A stretch of 64,000 nucleotides of DNA from Minisyncoccota bacterium (GCA_041674185.1 JBAYWE010000002.1:2233-66232); one strand, 5' to 3'; numbered from the stretch's first letter, positions 10,603-20,603 are shown. Notes: a model not told the origin generated them from the letters alone. Made by a program: numbers and translations.

Positions 10603-11721
10603 ATGTCCGCAATTTATCGCACGTATCGCCCCAAAAGAATAGAAGATATAGTAGGACAAGAGTCTATCACAACGATTCTACGCAACGCGTCTATACAAGA
10701 TAAATTTGCTCATGCATATTTATTCTATGGACCCCGAGGAACAGGAAAGACGAGCATGGCGCGTATTTTGGCGAAAATAATCAACTGTGAAAAACGCCAA
10801 ACTGATTTAGAATTTAGAAAACAAGGAGAACCGTGTGGAACATGCAGCGCATGTACACAAATAGAATCAGGAAACACACTCGACGTTATTGAAATCGACG
10901 CGGCCTCAAACCGCGGTATTGATGAAATTCGTAATTTAAAAGACAATATAAAAACCATGCCCACTCAATTTGGGCACAAAGTATTTATTATAGATGAAGT
11001 ACACATGCTCACCACACAAGCATTTAATGCCCTTTTGAAAACACTCGAAGAACCTCCTCAGCACGCTATCTTAATTCTTGCAACTACAGAATACGAAAAA
11101 GTTCCTGCAACCATTATCTCTCGAACGCAACGATTTCATTTTAGAAAACTGACTCTCAGTGAGATTATTTCTATGTTGAAAACTATTATCACAAAAGAAA
11201 AGATCACATGCGAACCATCAGCATTAGAAATGATAGCGTATCTCGCAGAAGGAAGTATGCGCGACGCACAATCATTACTTGATCAAATCATTGCCATGCA
11301 AGGATCATATATTACCACGGCCAATGTTGAATTATTACTAGGAAAAACAGATATTCTCAAAATTATAAGTTTATCGAACTCTCTTATTACAAAAGATGGA
11401 AAAAAAGCGCTCCAGTTATTACATGAAATCCATAATGACGGACATAATCTTCCGCAACTCAATAGGGATATAACTGAATATATTCGCCGTGCACTCGCCC
11501 TTCATTTAAACCCCGATTTAGAGAAATTATTTACTCGCGAATTAGCACAAACGGAACTTGCTTCATTACAAAAACATGCAGAACTCATTGAAACAGAATA
11601 TATTATAAAACTTCTCAAACTTCTCATAGAGGCGCAAACAAACATGAGATATAATTCTCTCCCCATTATTCCATTTGAAATTGCGCTGATTGAAGCAACA
11701 CAAAAAGAAACAAAAAAATAG
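10603..11721 (+). CDS. dnaX: DNA polymerase III subunit gamma/tau (short form)
   Basis: GPRGTGKTS Walker A; clamp-loader motifs DEVHML and SRTQRF. Confidence 0.9.
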   Translation: MSAIYRTYRPKRIEDIVGQESITTILRNASIQDKFAHAYLFYGPRGTGKTSMARILAKIINCEKRQTDLEFRKQGEPCGTCSACTQIESGNTLDVIEIDAASNRGIDEIRNLKDNIKTMPTQFGHKVFIIDEVHMLTTQAFNALLKTLEEPPQHAILILATTEYEKVPATIISRTQRFHFRKLTLSEIISMLKTIITKEKITCEPSALEMIAYLAEGSMRDAQSLLDQIIAMQGSYITTANVELLLGKTDILKIISLSNSLITKDGKKALQLLHEIHNDGHNLPQLNRDITEYIRRALALHLNPDLEKLFTRELAQTELASLQKHAELIETEYIIKLLKLLIEAQTNMRYNSLPIIPFEIALIEATQKETKK

Positions 11722-11765
11722 TTGAAAAAATACTATTTTTTTGATAGGGTTCAAACATATCATAT

Positions 11766-11839
11766 TCGGGGATCGTCTAATGGTAGGACAGTGGCCTTTG
11801 AAGCCATTAATTGGGGTTCGAATCCCTGTCCCCGAGCCA
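11766..11839 (+). tRNA. tRNA-Gln (anticodon TTG)
   Basis: Cloverleaf by hand-folding. Acceptor TCGGGGA pairs with TCCCCGA (U1:A72 as in bacterial tRNA-Gln). Anticodon loop is CTTTGAA, T-loop is TTCGAAT, and the 3' CCA is encoded. Confidence 0.85.
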
Positions 11840-13432
11840 GCGTGAACGAATAGATACGAGAGCTTCATTCTGTTCGCAATTTATAGGCAATTTATTTGGT
11901 TCTAACCTTAGATATTCCTCTTGAAGACGAGAGTAATTTTCTCTGATTGGAAAGAACCAAGGATGTGGAACTACACTTAAGATTCCATCGCGTATTTTAA
12001 TGTCATTACCGATTGTTAAAAGAAATTCTTTCCTTGGTTCTAACCTTTTTTTATTAAAAGAATCCATCAGATTTGACATGAAAATAAATGCATTTTTTAT
12101 AGTTTCAACATCCCTTCCTCCAACCTCTGAAGTATTTTTTAGAATGTCATTTAATCGCAATATTTTGCCCTCTATTTCGTTTTTTTCTTTCAAGTAGAAG
12201 GAATCATCAATTAAGCCCCGATACCTCATACGGGTCAATTCTTCGAGTTCCTTGTGCAATTTTATTTGGGTTTCCTCTTGTGTCATTTTAATCTTTTGGG
12301 ATTTTTCAGATGACTCTTTTTCAGTGTCCCCAATTGAGTCTAAAGCCCATGCATAAAATTGTGGGATTAAATCGTATTTTTTTAGTTCACTTGATATCAT
12401 CTGAATAAGACGATCTTCTCGAATTGCTTTTCTTTGAGAACAGATAACTTTATTTGTCTTACGCGTACAATGATAATAAGTATATTCCTTGATCGTTGAG
12501 TCACTCTTTATAATTTTGCGTTTTGTTTCTGCGGTGAACAAACATCCACATTCTCCACATCGAATTATTCCGGTAAAATCGAACGAGTGTTTTTGAGGAC
12601 GAGGTTTTCCTTTTCGTCCTAAAATTATTTGTACCTGATCATATTCTTTGAGGGTAATCATTGCCTCATGATTTCCTTGATAGTGTTTTCCAAAATATTC
12701 AATGTTTCCTGTATAGAAAATGCTCGTAAAAATTTTATATATACCACTACGAGATAATTCTTTATCACCTTGACGTTTACTTTTTCTTGTTCTAAATCCC
12801 CACTCTTTATTTACTATCGTTAATATTTGGGGTGGAGTGTAACAACCAGTAAGCATCATATCCCACATTTTGCGTATGAGAGGGAAACGGATAGGATCAG
12901 TTATAATAGTTTTGTCTTCCTTATTGTTGAGATAGCCGAGAGGAGCTACATTGGGAGCCCATCCTTTTGCTAACTTACTTTCAATTCCGCGTTTTACATT
13001 TTTTCTTAATTCAATGATATATTGATTTGCCATGCCACTTTCAACATTGAATAACAACACATTATCATCCGGCAAGTATTGCCGATCAATCGTTTGAATC
13101 GATTGAAGTATACCTGTTTGCAAAAGCCAGCTTATCTTACCACTATCAATTGGATTTCTTGATAATCGATTGAGCTGCCAACTGAGAATACCACCAGCTT
13201 CACCTGCTTCTATTCTTTTAATCATCTCATCAAATATGGGACGGTTATTTGGTTTCTTTGCTGATTTTGCCTCAGAAAATATTTCAATTACATCTAGATG
13301 TAATTCCTTTGATAGTTGGGTAAGTCTACTAATTTGATCATCTATTGACTGAACCTGACGATCTTCGTTTTCGGATGACTTACGGGCATAAAGGAAATAT
13401 TTGAGGTTTTTGGATGATTGTGTAGGAAACAT
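11807..13432 (-). CDS. large serine recombinase (integrase); 3' end overlaps tRNA-Gln
   Basis: N-terminal resolvase domain (YARKSS...SIDDQ, catalytic Ser) followed by a recombinase domain and a Cys-rich zinc-ribbon region. The C-terminal codons read through the tRNA 3' end. Confidence 0.85.
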   Translation of the reverse strand: MFPTQSSKNLKYFLYARKSSENEDRQVQSIDDQISRLTQLSKELHLDVIEIFSEAKSAKKPNNRPIFDEMIKRIEAGEAGGILSWQLNRLSRNPIDSGKISWLLQTGILQSIQTIDRQYLPDDNVLLFNVESGMANQYIIELRKNVKRGIESKLAKGWAPNVAPLGYLNNKEDKTIITDPIRFPLIRKMWDMMLTGCYTPPQILTIVNKEWGFRTRKSKRQGDKELSRSGIYKIFTSIFYTGNIEYFGKHYQGNHEAMITLKEYDQVQIILGRKGKPRPQKHSFDFTGIIRCGECGCLFTAETKRKIIKSDSTIKEYTYYHCTRKTNKVICSQRKAIREDRLIQMISSELKKYDLIPQFYAWALDSIGDTEKESSEKSQKIKMTQEETQIKLHKELEELTRMRYRGLIDDSFYLKEKNEIEGKILRLNDILKNTSEVGGRDVETIKNAFIFMSNLMDSFNKKRLEPRKEFLLTIGNDIKIRDGILSVVPHPWFFPIRENYSRLQEEYLRLEPNKLPINCEQNEALVSIRSRWLGDRDSNPN

Positions 13433-13472
13433 AATACGTCTGTTTACTTGGGTACAAATAATACCGTTTAAA

Positions 13473-13673
13473 CTATCGAGTGTGCAAGTCCCCACTTTTT
13501 TCTAGGGCATCTTTGAGAGCGCGAATTTTTTCTTTCGTAATCGGCTCATAGACTAACTCTACTAAGCGAATTACTTTAGATGCTTTCTCATACGCTTCGT
13601 TTTTATCTAGCTGTATTCCAAAATGTGTAAAATATAATTCTTGGAATTTTTTTATGTGTTCATCTGATATCAT
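13473..13673 (-). CDS. small hypothetical protein upstream of integrase (possible directionality factor)
   Basis: 66-aa ORF immediately 5' of the integrase on the same strand. No recognisable motif. Confidence 0.3.
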   Translation of the reverse strand: MISDEHIKKFQELYFTHFGIQLDKNEAYEKASKVIRLVELVYEPITKEKIRALKDALEKSGDLHTR

Positions 13674-13847
13674 GCAATCACCCTATATCTTAAGAGAGAA
13701 ATTAGTAGATACGAATATTCCACAATTTTGGGTAAAACACACTCTATAAAGATAATTTGAATGAATTTTACTTGCAGATGTAAATATTCTTACACTATAC
13801 GTAATAGATGAATGAGAATAGATATTTAGTTATTATTTAATAATAGT

Positions 13848-14681
13848 TCACTTAGATAATTGTACTATGGCTGCTTGTAATACTTGCCAACATATTTTTG
13901 CGGTATGTTCATCTGGATCGAAACTCGAGGCTAATTGCTGATATGGGTGTATATAATTTCTAAAGTCTCTGAGAGCATGGCTGAATTTTTTTACATCCTC
14001 ACCCAGAAAATTTAATTCTCTTGCAACATTGATAAAATCGCTCAGCGACCAATCCTGAAATTGCTTTACTTTCCCAGATTTATCTTTCGGGCTTGCAGAA
14101 GCAATGTTAAAATCTTTCGCGTTATTGCTTGCTATTCCAAGTAATATCCCTTCCATAGTACTTCCACAAAGAAAGATTACTGATAAGGATGCATTTATTT
14201 TTAAACACCTTTGGATCTCATCAATTCTCTGTTGAATTACTGTAAGCACCGTTCCATCCAGCTTCAACATGTTAACATCGAGACTCCTAAAATCTTTGCT
14301 TAAAAAATCATCTTCCCTAATTTCATTTGTTTGTGGTTGGGTGCCTTGAAGTTTATTCGATATCTGTTTCCCACGATCCATAATTTTTATAGAGAAGTCG
14401 ATCTCATTTAAATGACCAAGCAATATTTGGTTTTCGATATATTCGATAAGTTTTTGAATCGATTTCCCCACTAAAACATCACTCGCATTTTGCCAAAATC
14501 CTCTCATATAATTCGCCTTTGAACCCGAAGCATATTTATATTGTGGATTATAAATATCAATACCAACATCATCTCTAAAAAATTCTGACATTGTTCTATC
14601 TGAGAAATTTAGAACATATCCACTACCCATATTGAATAATTTTTCGAGCAATTGTTTTTCGTTTGTACTAAGATTTGCCAT
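13848..14681 (-). CDS. hypothetical protein with HEPN-like Rx4-6H motif (Abi-like)
   Basis: C-terminal RDFRNYIHP fits the HEPN R-X(4-6)-H signature. Sits in a defense-gene context. Confidence 0.4.
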   Translation of the reverse strand: MANLSTNEKQLLEKLFNMGSGYVLNFSDRTMSEFFRDDVGIDIYNPQYKYASGSKANYMRGFWQNASDVLVGKSIQKLIEYIENQILLGHLNEIDFSIKIMDRGKQISNKLQGTQPQTNEIREDDFLSKDFRSLDVNMLKLDGTVLTVIQQRIDEIQRCLKINASLSVIFLCGSTMEGILLGIASNNAKDFNIASASPKDKSGKVKQFQDWSLSDFINVARELNFLGEDVKKFSHALRDFRNYIHPYQQLASSFDPDEHTAKICWQVLQAAIVQLSK

Positions 14682-14790
14682 ATTACTTGTCCATAATGGT
14701 TATCAATTTTGAAAATTCTTAAGATTATAAAAACGTCTTATATGATTACATGTCTAAGATAAAATCGTCGTATGATTGACTATCAATTTA

Positions 14791-15627
14791 TTACTCTTCA
14801 TTATCTTCAGTTTCGCTTATTTCTTTCAGATCAGCAATTTTTATATGATGAGAATATACAGCTCCAACTGTAAGAGTATAAGAATGGTGTCGATGTAATT
14901 TTTTTTTACTTTCATGGTCGACGTAGAAATTAATCTTGTTTCCCTTAAAACGATCATCCAATATTTCACCAACAATTTCAATTTGGTCTTGGACATTCTC
15001 CCATGAAAACAATCGGATATTTAATTGATCATTTTCTTTCAGTGATGGATAATGAACATCGTTTCCAACAAACTTGCGTTTTGATACATGCCTGATTTTT
15101 TGATTAAGAATTTTCTTGCTTCTAATTTCTGATTTTCTTCCTACTCTTGAAAGTTTATCCGCAACTTTATTATACTTTTCTTTTTTGTAATGAATCTCAA
15201 CTCGGCCACCAACTTCTTTTGAAAGTTTCATTCTTGCTTTTTGTATACGACTAATCAAATCCTTGTCTTTAATTGGTTTTTCTTCAAAAGTTTTCCATTT
15301 ATTTTTTCGATAATTATCCACCCGATAGGGATTTAATAATCTTTCATCTGTCACACTCATCCTATCAGTATAGATCAGGACTCGTCCTGCTTTTCGTAAT
15401 ACACCTGGATTTTGCTTATTAAATACCAATAACTCATCAATCGCTTCTAGAATACTTATCATCTCAAGTCGTTGGATCCCTTGATGATCATTCCTATAAA
15501 ACTTTTGGATTGGGTCTTGTTGAATTGATTCTGGAAATTCGATAATAAAACCATTTCCACCAGTCTGGGCGGAATCGTAATTCATTGCACCATCACAATG
15601 CACAACAATAGCGCGAGGGTCATCCAT
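14791..15627 (-). CDS. RNase H-like domain protein with Lys-rich C-terminal region
   Basis: VHCDGA, EMISILEAI, IYTDR and NKVADKLS conserve the RNase HI D-E-D-D residue pattern. Confidence 0.55.
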   Translation of the reverse strand: MDDPRAIVVHCDGAMNYDSAQTGGNGFIIEFPESIQQDPIQKFYRNDHQGIQRLEMISILEAIDELLVFNKQNPGVLRKAGRVLIYTDRMSVTDERLLNPYRVDNYRKNKWKTFEEKPIKDKDLISRIQKARMKLSKEVGGRVEIHYKKEKYNKVADKLSRVGRKSEIRSKKILNQKIRHVSKRKFVGNDVHYPSLKENDQLNIRLFSWENVQDQIEIVGEILDDRFKGNKINFYVDHESKKKLHRHHSYTLTVGAVYSHHIKIADLKEISETEDNEE

Positions 15628-15707
15628 TGAATTTCATTTATTTTTATATATCGTTACTCTAAAACATCAAAACAATTGAATGCTCTGCAAAACATTGTAC
15701 CCGAGCT

Positions 15708-16214
15708 TTAAAATCCTGATGGTGGAATCAATGAATCATTATCAATAGCATTCTTTGATGAATTCCATTTCGCAACCTTGATATATCTGTTCTTATTGAA
15801 TTCCAAAATATCCAGTCTATTAAAATGAATGAGTAATTGTTTGAGAGGCTTAGATAATCCTTTGGGAGAGAGTAGAAATGCAAAATCAGGTTTTAATATC
15901 TTACAATACCCTAATAACTGGGATAGATTTATTAAGCTTAATTGTGTGTCCTTCACTTCAATGAATACTAATTTACACATTTCTTTTTCTATCATTACTC
16001 CTAAGAGATCAACTCGAATCTTATAGGTAGCATATTCAGGAAAGAATCTTGCATAATTATTCCGTTGTAAAAAATCGCTCAAATCTACTGAATGGACATC
16101 ATAAGTTTTAATTGAAGCTCGAGGATGTTTTGCTTCTAGATATGTTTGTAACCAAGTAAGCATACTTGGATAAAGTGATATTTCTTTTTTTGATTCGTAG
16201 TTATTCATATGCAC
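15708..16214 (-). CDS. putative restriction endonuclease small subunit (PD-(D/E)xK-like)
   Basis: A D...EVK motif (VDLLGVMIEKEMCKLVFIEVKD). Translationally coupled to the upstream ORF in the R-M operon. Confidence 0.4.
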   Translation of the reverse strand: MHMNNYESKKEISLYPSMLTWLQTYLEAKHPRASIKTYDVHSVDLSDFLQRNNYARFFPEYATYKIRVDLLGVMIEKEMCKLVFIEVKDTQLSLINLSQLLGYCKILKPDFAFLLSPKGLSKPLKQLLIHFNRLDILEFNKNRYIKVAKWNSSKNAIDNDSLIPPSGF

Positions 16215-17121
16215 GGATAGGATCAGTTTCTTCCAACCGATTAAGTAGTTCTGAATAATGATTAAAATGAAGATCTCTCAAAAAACCGGGTAACTTTTCC
16301 GAATGCTCTTCGGGATTTGACATTTTTTCTTTTATTCTAAGTCTTTTACTCTCAGCATTGTCTCCGAGTCCTAGTCTGTTCATAGATGCAAGATCAACTA
16401 GAACATCCTGTTTGTGCCTAAGGTATGACCCTATTGGTAAAAATTGGTTAGCAAACACTTTTACTTGATGTTCTTTTGCCCAGAAACCACTTGATTTTCT
16501 AAAATTCGGATCTCGAAAATTTGGATGACCAAAGTCAATGCTTTCTATTGGAATTTCCACACTTTGAAAAAGCTTGCATAAATCTAACACCAAATACCAA
16601 TTCCGATGATCTACCTCGAGATAGATTCTTTGTTGATCAATCTTACCAAATTGAGCATTTGAGGCACGAACATAACCAGTTACATCAAAGTAACCTCTTA
16701 TAAATTCTTTTTGTTTTTCCTGATCAGATTGAAAAATCACTTTTGGAATCCTAAAGGAATGATAATCACTGAAATCACCATTTAGTAAATAACTCAACAG
16801 TTGCCAAGTTAAATCAGTATTTCTCCAAACAATCACTAAACTAACCCCTCTATTATCCTCATCATTAATTTTATTAACATCAAGTCCAATCCTTTTGAGT
16901 CTTTCAACGATTCTATCCAAGCTATTAGATAGATAAATTTGAGTATTAAATCTTTTTGTAGGATCGATGGGGCTTACAGCTTCAAGATTTTTAAAAGGAA
17001 AGTCAATTACTAATTTTTGTAATTCAATTGACTTGATAATTGTTCCTCTTCCAATAATCAAACCAAGTAGATAAGCAGCATCCTCACTCAAAAAGGAAGA
17101 GAGTCTATTCGTTAGATCCAT
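16201..17121 (-). CDS. putative restriction endonuclease (large subunit)
   Basis: 306-aa ORF between the MTase and the small PD-(D/E)xK ORF, overlapping both. No clear motif; the call rests on position. Confidence 0.35.
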   Translation of the reverse strand: MDLTNRLSSFLSEDAAYLLGLIIGRGTIIKSIELQKLVIDFPFKNLEAVSPIDPTKRFNTQIYLSNSLDRIVERLKRIGLDVNKINDEDNRGVSLVIVWRNTDLTWQLLSYLLNGDFSDYHSFRIPKVIFQSDQEKQKEFIRGYFDVTGYVRASNAQFGKIDQQRIYLEVDHRNWYLVLDLCKLFQSVEIPIESIDFGHPNFRDPNFRKSSGFWAKEHQVKVFANQFLPIGSYLRHKQDVLVDLASMNRLGLGDNAESKRLRIKEKMSNPEEHSEKLPGFLRDLHFNHYSELLNRLEETDPIRAYE

Positions 17122-18958
17122 ATTTTTTAAAGATTAGAATGTATTCATGAACTTTGTTAATAATAAATTTATATGGGTAACCCAAAGGTTTACAATTGTT
17201 ATATTCTTTTTGCCTATCCCAAATAAGCAAATCTTCGAAAGAAAATCCAATTTCTTCCATCACTCTCACCACATCCATATGAAGAGGATATAATTTACTC
17301 CCTTTTCTAATATCCATCACATTGATCACACAATATCCACCAACGCGAATAGTAGTATATACCTCACTTAAAATAATTCTAAGTTCGTTAAGAAAAGCAT
17401 TATACTGTTCAATATTACCTATATCATTAGGGTCAGATGTATAATTTCTTCCGATTTTTAAATCTGCACTTCTTTTAGCATTTAGTATATTCCAGTAGGG
17501 TGGTGATGTGAGACATAAATCGATTGAGTTTGCTTCAATAAATTTTGAAATCTCACGAGAATCTTTTACAAAATATTTAATCTTCCCATTTTGTTTGTAT
17601 GTTGAGTATTCTTTCGAAAGTCGATCAAAGAATAAATTTTTAAATTCATCGCTAATATCTACTCCAAAAACATTCATGTTTTTTTTTAGACCAGCTATAA
17701 GGGTACTACCGCTCCCTGCAAAACAATCAAGAATATTTTTACCTGATCCGTTAGTAAGAATATCTATTATCTTTTCGGCTAATTGTATGGGAAAAATTGC
17801 AGGATGTTTTAATCCAGTTTCCTCTTGATTTTTTGTTACATTTCTCCAAATACTAAACGAATTTTGTAGCCAAGAGTTACCATCAAGTTTATTTGCTCTT
17901 TTCATTGCTGATTGAGTCTCGACGAAATGCAACCTCTCCTCAGTAATATTAGGATCATCTTCATCTTGGTTAATACTTTTATACCTCTTATGTGTCTTCT
18001 TGAATAAACTAACTTTTCCTTTTTTTGATAATATCTGTTCTATTTCGCCAATTGGAATGATTCCTTCATTATTATAACTCAGTAAGATATATTTTGCATT
18101 TACTTGCGTAATTAATTCATCTAATGCCTTGGATGCTCGTCCTTTGTAACAATATTCCGATAATTGATTTTTGTAATCACGAACGCCAGTTTTGCCAGTA
18201 ATAATTGGTTTTTTATCCTCGAACCATCCCTCAGCAATCAGTTCCAATAAAAAATAATTTGAAGCATATTGACGGCTATTATAAGGAGGATCAAGGTACA
18301 GAATATCAATGCTTTTCAATTCTTTGATAAGTTGATTAGCCTCAGACTTAAACGCCTTGTTTTTCCTTGAGCTATGGATTATTTCAGGTGCAGTAATTAT
18401 TAAAGGTTTTGTTGCTCTTTTATCCCAAGTTTTTAGATAGGCTCCATATGTTCCAGCAACATTAGAAACAAGATTAACAGCCTCAAGAAGTGATGTAATC
18501 AAATAGTAATATTCTAGTTCAGAGATCAGCTGATTTTGTTTCCATTCATGTATGATTTCTCTAACAGCATCTATCTTTTGACCATTCTCATTTGAAAAGT
18601 ATTTTCTTTTCCCATTTCCATCAGGACAATAATTATTATAAATAAATCCCTTCTTAATAGGAAGACTATTTAAATAGTTGATGACATAATTATTATCCAA
18701 ATCGGGAACTGCGAGATGTTTCCTTAACTTCAAGAATTTTGGTTCTTCATTTGTCTCTATATATGTTTTTGCGAGAGCAAATGAAAACTCAAGGAAATCA
18801 TTTGCGATGACCGTAAAACCTTGTCTCTTGAAATGTTTGGCAACCGTGGTAGTGCCACTAAATAAGTCAACAAACTTAGCTCCGTGATTCAATTCGGTTT
18901 TTTTTACACCGTTTTCAATTAAATCCAATAATTTTTCTTTACCGCCGTAATAACGCAT
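17105..18958 (-). CDS. fused double DNA methyltransferase (Dam-like D12 domain + gamma-class N6A/N4C domain)
   Basis: N-terminal half has RYYGGK, FVDLFSGTTT and DPPYN. C-terminal half has HPAIFP, FAGSGST and SPPYWN. Confidence 0.8.
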   Translation of the reverse strand: MRYYGGKEKLLDLIENGVKKTELNHGAKFVDLFSGTTTVAKHFKRQGFTVIANDFLEFSFALAKTYIETNEEPKFLKLRKHLAVPDLDNNYVINYLNSLPIKKGFIYNNYCPDGNGKRKYFSNENGQKIDAVREIIHEWKQNQLISELEYYYLITSLLEAVNLVSNVAGTYGAYLKTWDKRATKPLIITAPEIIHSSRKNKAFKSEANQLIKELKSIDILYLDPPYNSRQYASNYFLLELIAEGWFEDKKPIITGKTGVRDYKNQLSEYCYKGRASKALDELITQVNAKYILLSYNNEGIIPIGEIEQILSKKGKVSLFKKTHKRYKSINQDEDDPNITEERLHFVETQSAMKRANKLDGNSWLQNSFSIWRNVTKNQEETGLKHPAIFPIQLAEKIIDILTNGSGKNILDCFAGSGSTLIAGLKKNMNVFGVDISDEFKNLFFDRLSKEYSTYKQNGKIKYFVKDSREISKFIEANSIDLCLTSPPYWNILNAKRSADLKIGRNYTSDPNDIGNIEQYNAFLNELRIILSEVYTTIRVGGYCVINVMDIRKGSKLYPLHMDVVRVMEEIGFSFEDLLIWDRQKEYNNCKPLGYPYKFIINKVHEYILIFKKYGSNE

Positions 18959-18959
18959 A

Positions 18960-19166
18960 TTATGATTTTATCAATTCGTCTATACTTACATTGAGTGCTT
19001 TAGCAATTTTTGAAACTGTTTGAATGGTCGGATTCTGTACACAGCCAGATTCAATTTTTATTATAGTATTATACGCGACATTTGCTATCTTGGAAAGTTT
19101 ATCCTGCGAAAAGCCGCGTTTACTTCTCATTTTTTTTATATTTCGAGAAATGTCATTCATCAACAT
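18960..19166 (-). CDS. R-M controller (C) protein, XRE-family HTH
   Basis: 68-aa HTH (FSQDKLSKIANVAYNTIIKIESG) directly upstream of and co-oriented with the MTase. Confidence 0.75.
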   Translation of the reverse strand: MLMNDISRNIKKMRSKRGFSQDKLSKIANVAYNTIIKIESGCVQNPTIQTVSKIAKALNVSIDELIKS

Positions 19167-19271
19167 ACTTGTAAAAGATTACTATTATAAGTATACATTT
19201 ATTTTCATATAATTTCTATATTTATCATAGATAGATTAACCCTTATGAAAAAATGATAAATCCTTCCTGTA

Positions 19272-20519
19272 TTATTTGATTAGTAAGAATTTTTTTGTTT
19301 TGGTATAGTTATTCATTTGCAAGCTGTAAAAATAAACACCACTCGAAAGATTACTTCCATCAAATCGAACTACATACGTTCCCGGTTGTTTTATTTCATT
19401 CACGAGCACAACAACTTCGTTTCCCAATAAATCATATACACTAAGATGTACTACTTCAGTATGTGTTAGAGCGTAGGTAATATTCGTTACCGGATTAAAA
19501 GGATTAGGATAATTCTGAAACAGGTGAAACTCTGTCGGCTGAGAATATGAATCTTTGGCAACATCTGTAACGGTTTGATTTATTTTAAATACTGATCCGT
19601 TATCAACATAAAATATATCTCCGAAAGAATTCATTTGTATTTGCTTTACATACGCATGAGTGTTTACACCACTCAGTTCTCCAAGCAGATTCCATGTGGT
19701 TGTGCCATTAGTATTTTTATAAAGATAGCTTGAAGTATAATCACTTGTTTCTGCAAACAAATTTTCCTGCTGATCTTTAAAAATTTTTGTGGTAACAAAT
19801 GGAGTTTGAGTTATTGGGACAATACCTAAAGTAGTTCCATTATCCATAGTCGTTCTGATTTCGTTTGAAGTCGTAAAATAGATCAGTCCATTAGATCGTA
19901 TTGCGGTTGCATATACAGTCCCTGGTTCGCAATAACTCCATGATTCTCCGTCAGTAGATTTGTATAATCCTTGATACGTTCCAATGTAGATAGTTTTATT
20001 CGGATGGATAGCAATACCCAAACCAAGACTTTTACTAAACGAATTTTGTGAGGGAAGAGACTTCCATGTACTGCCATTATCTTTAGAAAGATAGAAGGTA
20101 TAGACACTGGAATATACCGCGTTATTATATGCAGAAATATGAAAGAGCAAATTCCCATTTGCATGTTCAAACATGCGATCAATCTCTACATCTTGAAATC
20201 CGACTAACTCCCAATTTCCTGTTTCGTTTTTACTTCGGTATAATCCATTATAAGATGCATCGACATATAGATCACCAGAATTCGTTTTATAGACCATTCC
20301 CGTTTGTTTATACGGGAAGCTCAGAGAAACCCAGGTTACGCCATTGTCAGGCGAATAATATAATCCATCACTTTCTGTCCCGACAAAAATTCTATTATCA
20401 GAAAGAATAGAAATAGTGCGGGCAGTACTAAACGGTGTCGTGATTTTTGTGCCGATTTTTTGAGACCACACAAAACTTGCAATCAATAAAAGAAAAATAA
20501 TAGTTACTGATTTTTTCAT
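19272..20519 (-). CDS. secreted BNR-repeat protein with T9SS (Por) C-terminal sorting domain
   Basis: Signal peptide; SxDxGxTW BNR repeats (SPDNGVTW, SKDNGSTW). C-terminal ~80 aa match the Por_Secre_tail consensus (YPNPFNP...VYDLLG...SGVYFY). Confidence 0.8.
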   Translation of the reverse strand: MKKSVTIIFLLLIASFVWSQKIGTKITTPFSTARTISILSDNRIFVGTESDGLYYSPDNGVTWVSLSFPYKQTGMVYKTNSGDLYVDASYNGLYRSKNETGNWELVGFQDVEIDRMFEHANGNLLFHISAYNNAVYSSVYTFYLSKDNGSTWKSLPSQNSFSKSLGLGIAIHPNKTIYIGTYQGLYKSTDGESWSYCEPGTVYATAIRSNGLIYFTTSNEIRTTMDNGTTLGIVPITQTPFVTTKIFKDQQENLFAETSDYTSSYLYKNTNGTTTWNLLGELSGVNTHAYVKQIQMNSFGDIFYVDNGSVFKINQTVTDVAKDSYSQPTEFHLFQNYPNPFNPVTNITYALTHTEVVHLSVYDLLGNEVVVLVNEIKQPGTYVVRFDGSNLSSGVYFYSLQMNNYTKTKKFLLIK

Positions 20520-20603
20520 AATTACCTCTTCATAATTTTATTCACCACTAGGTGAAAACCATGTAGGTGTGTTAGCCACACCCACACGCAGTTACGTTTA
20601 TTA

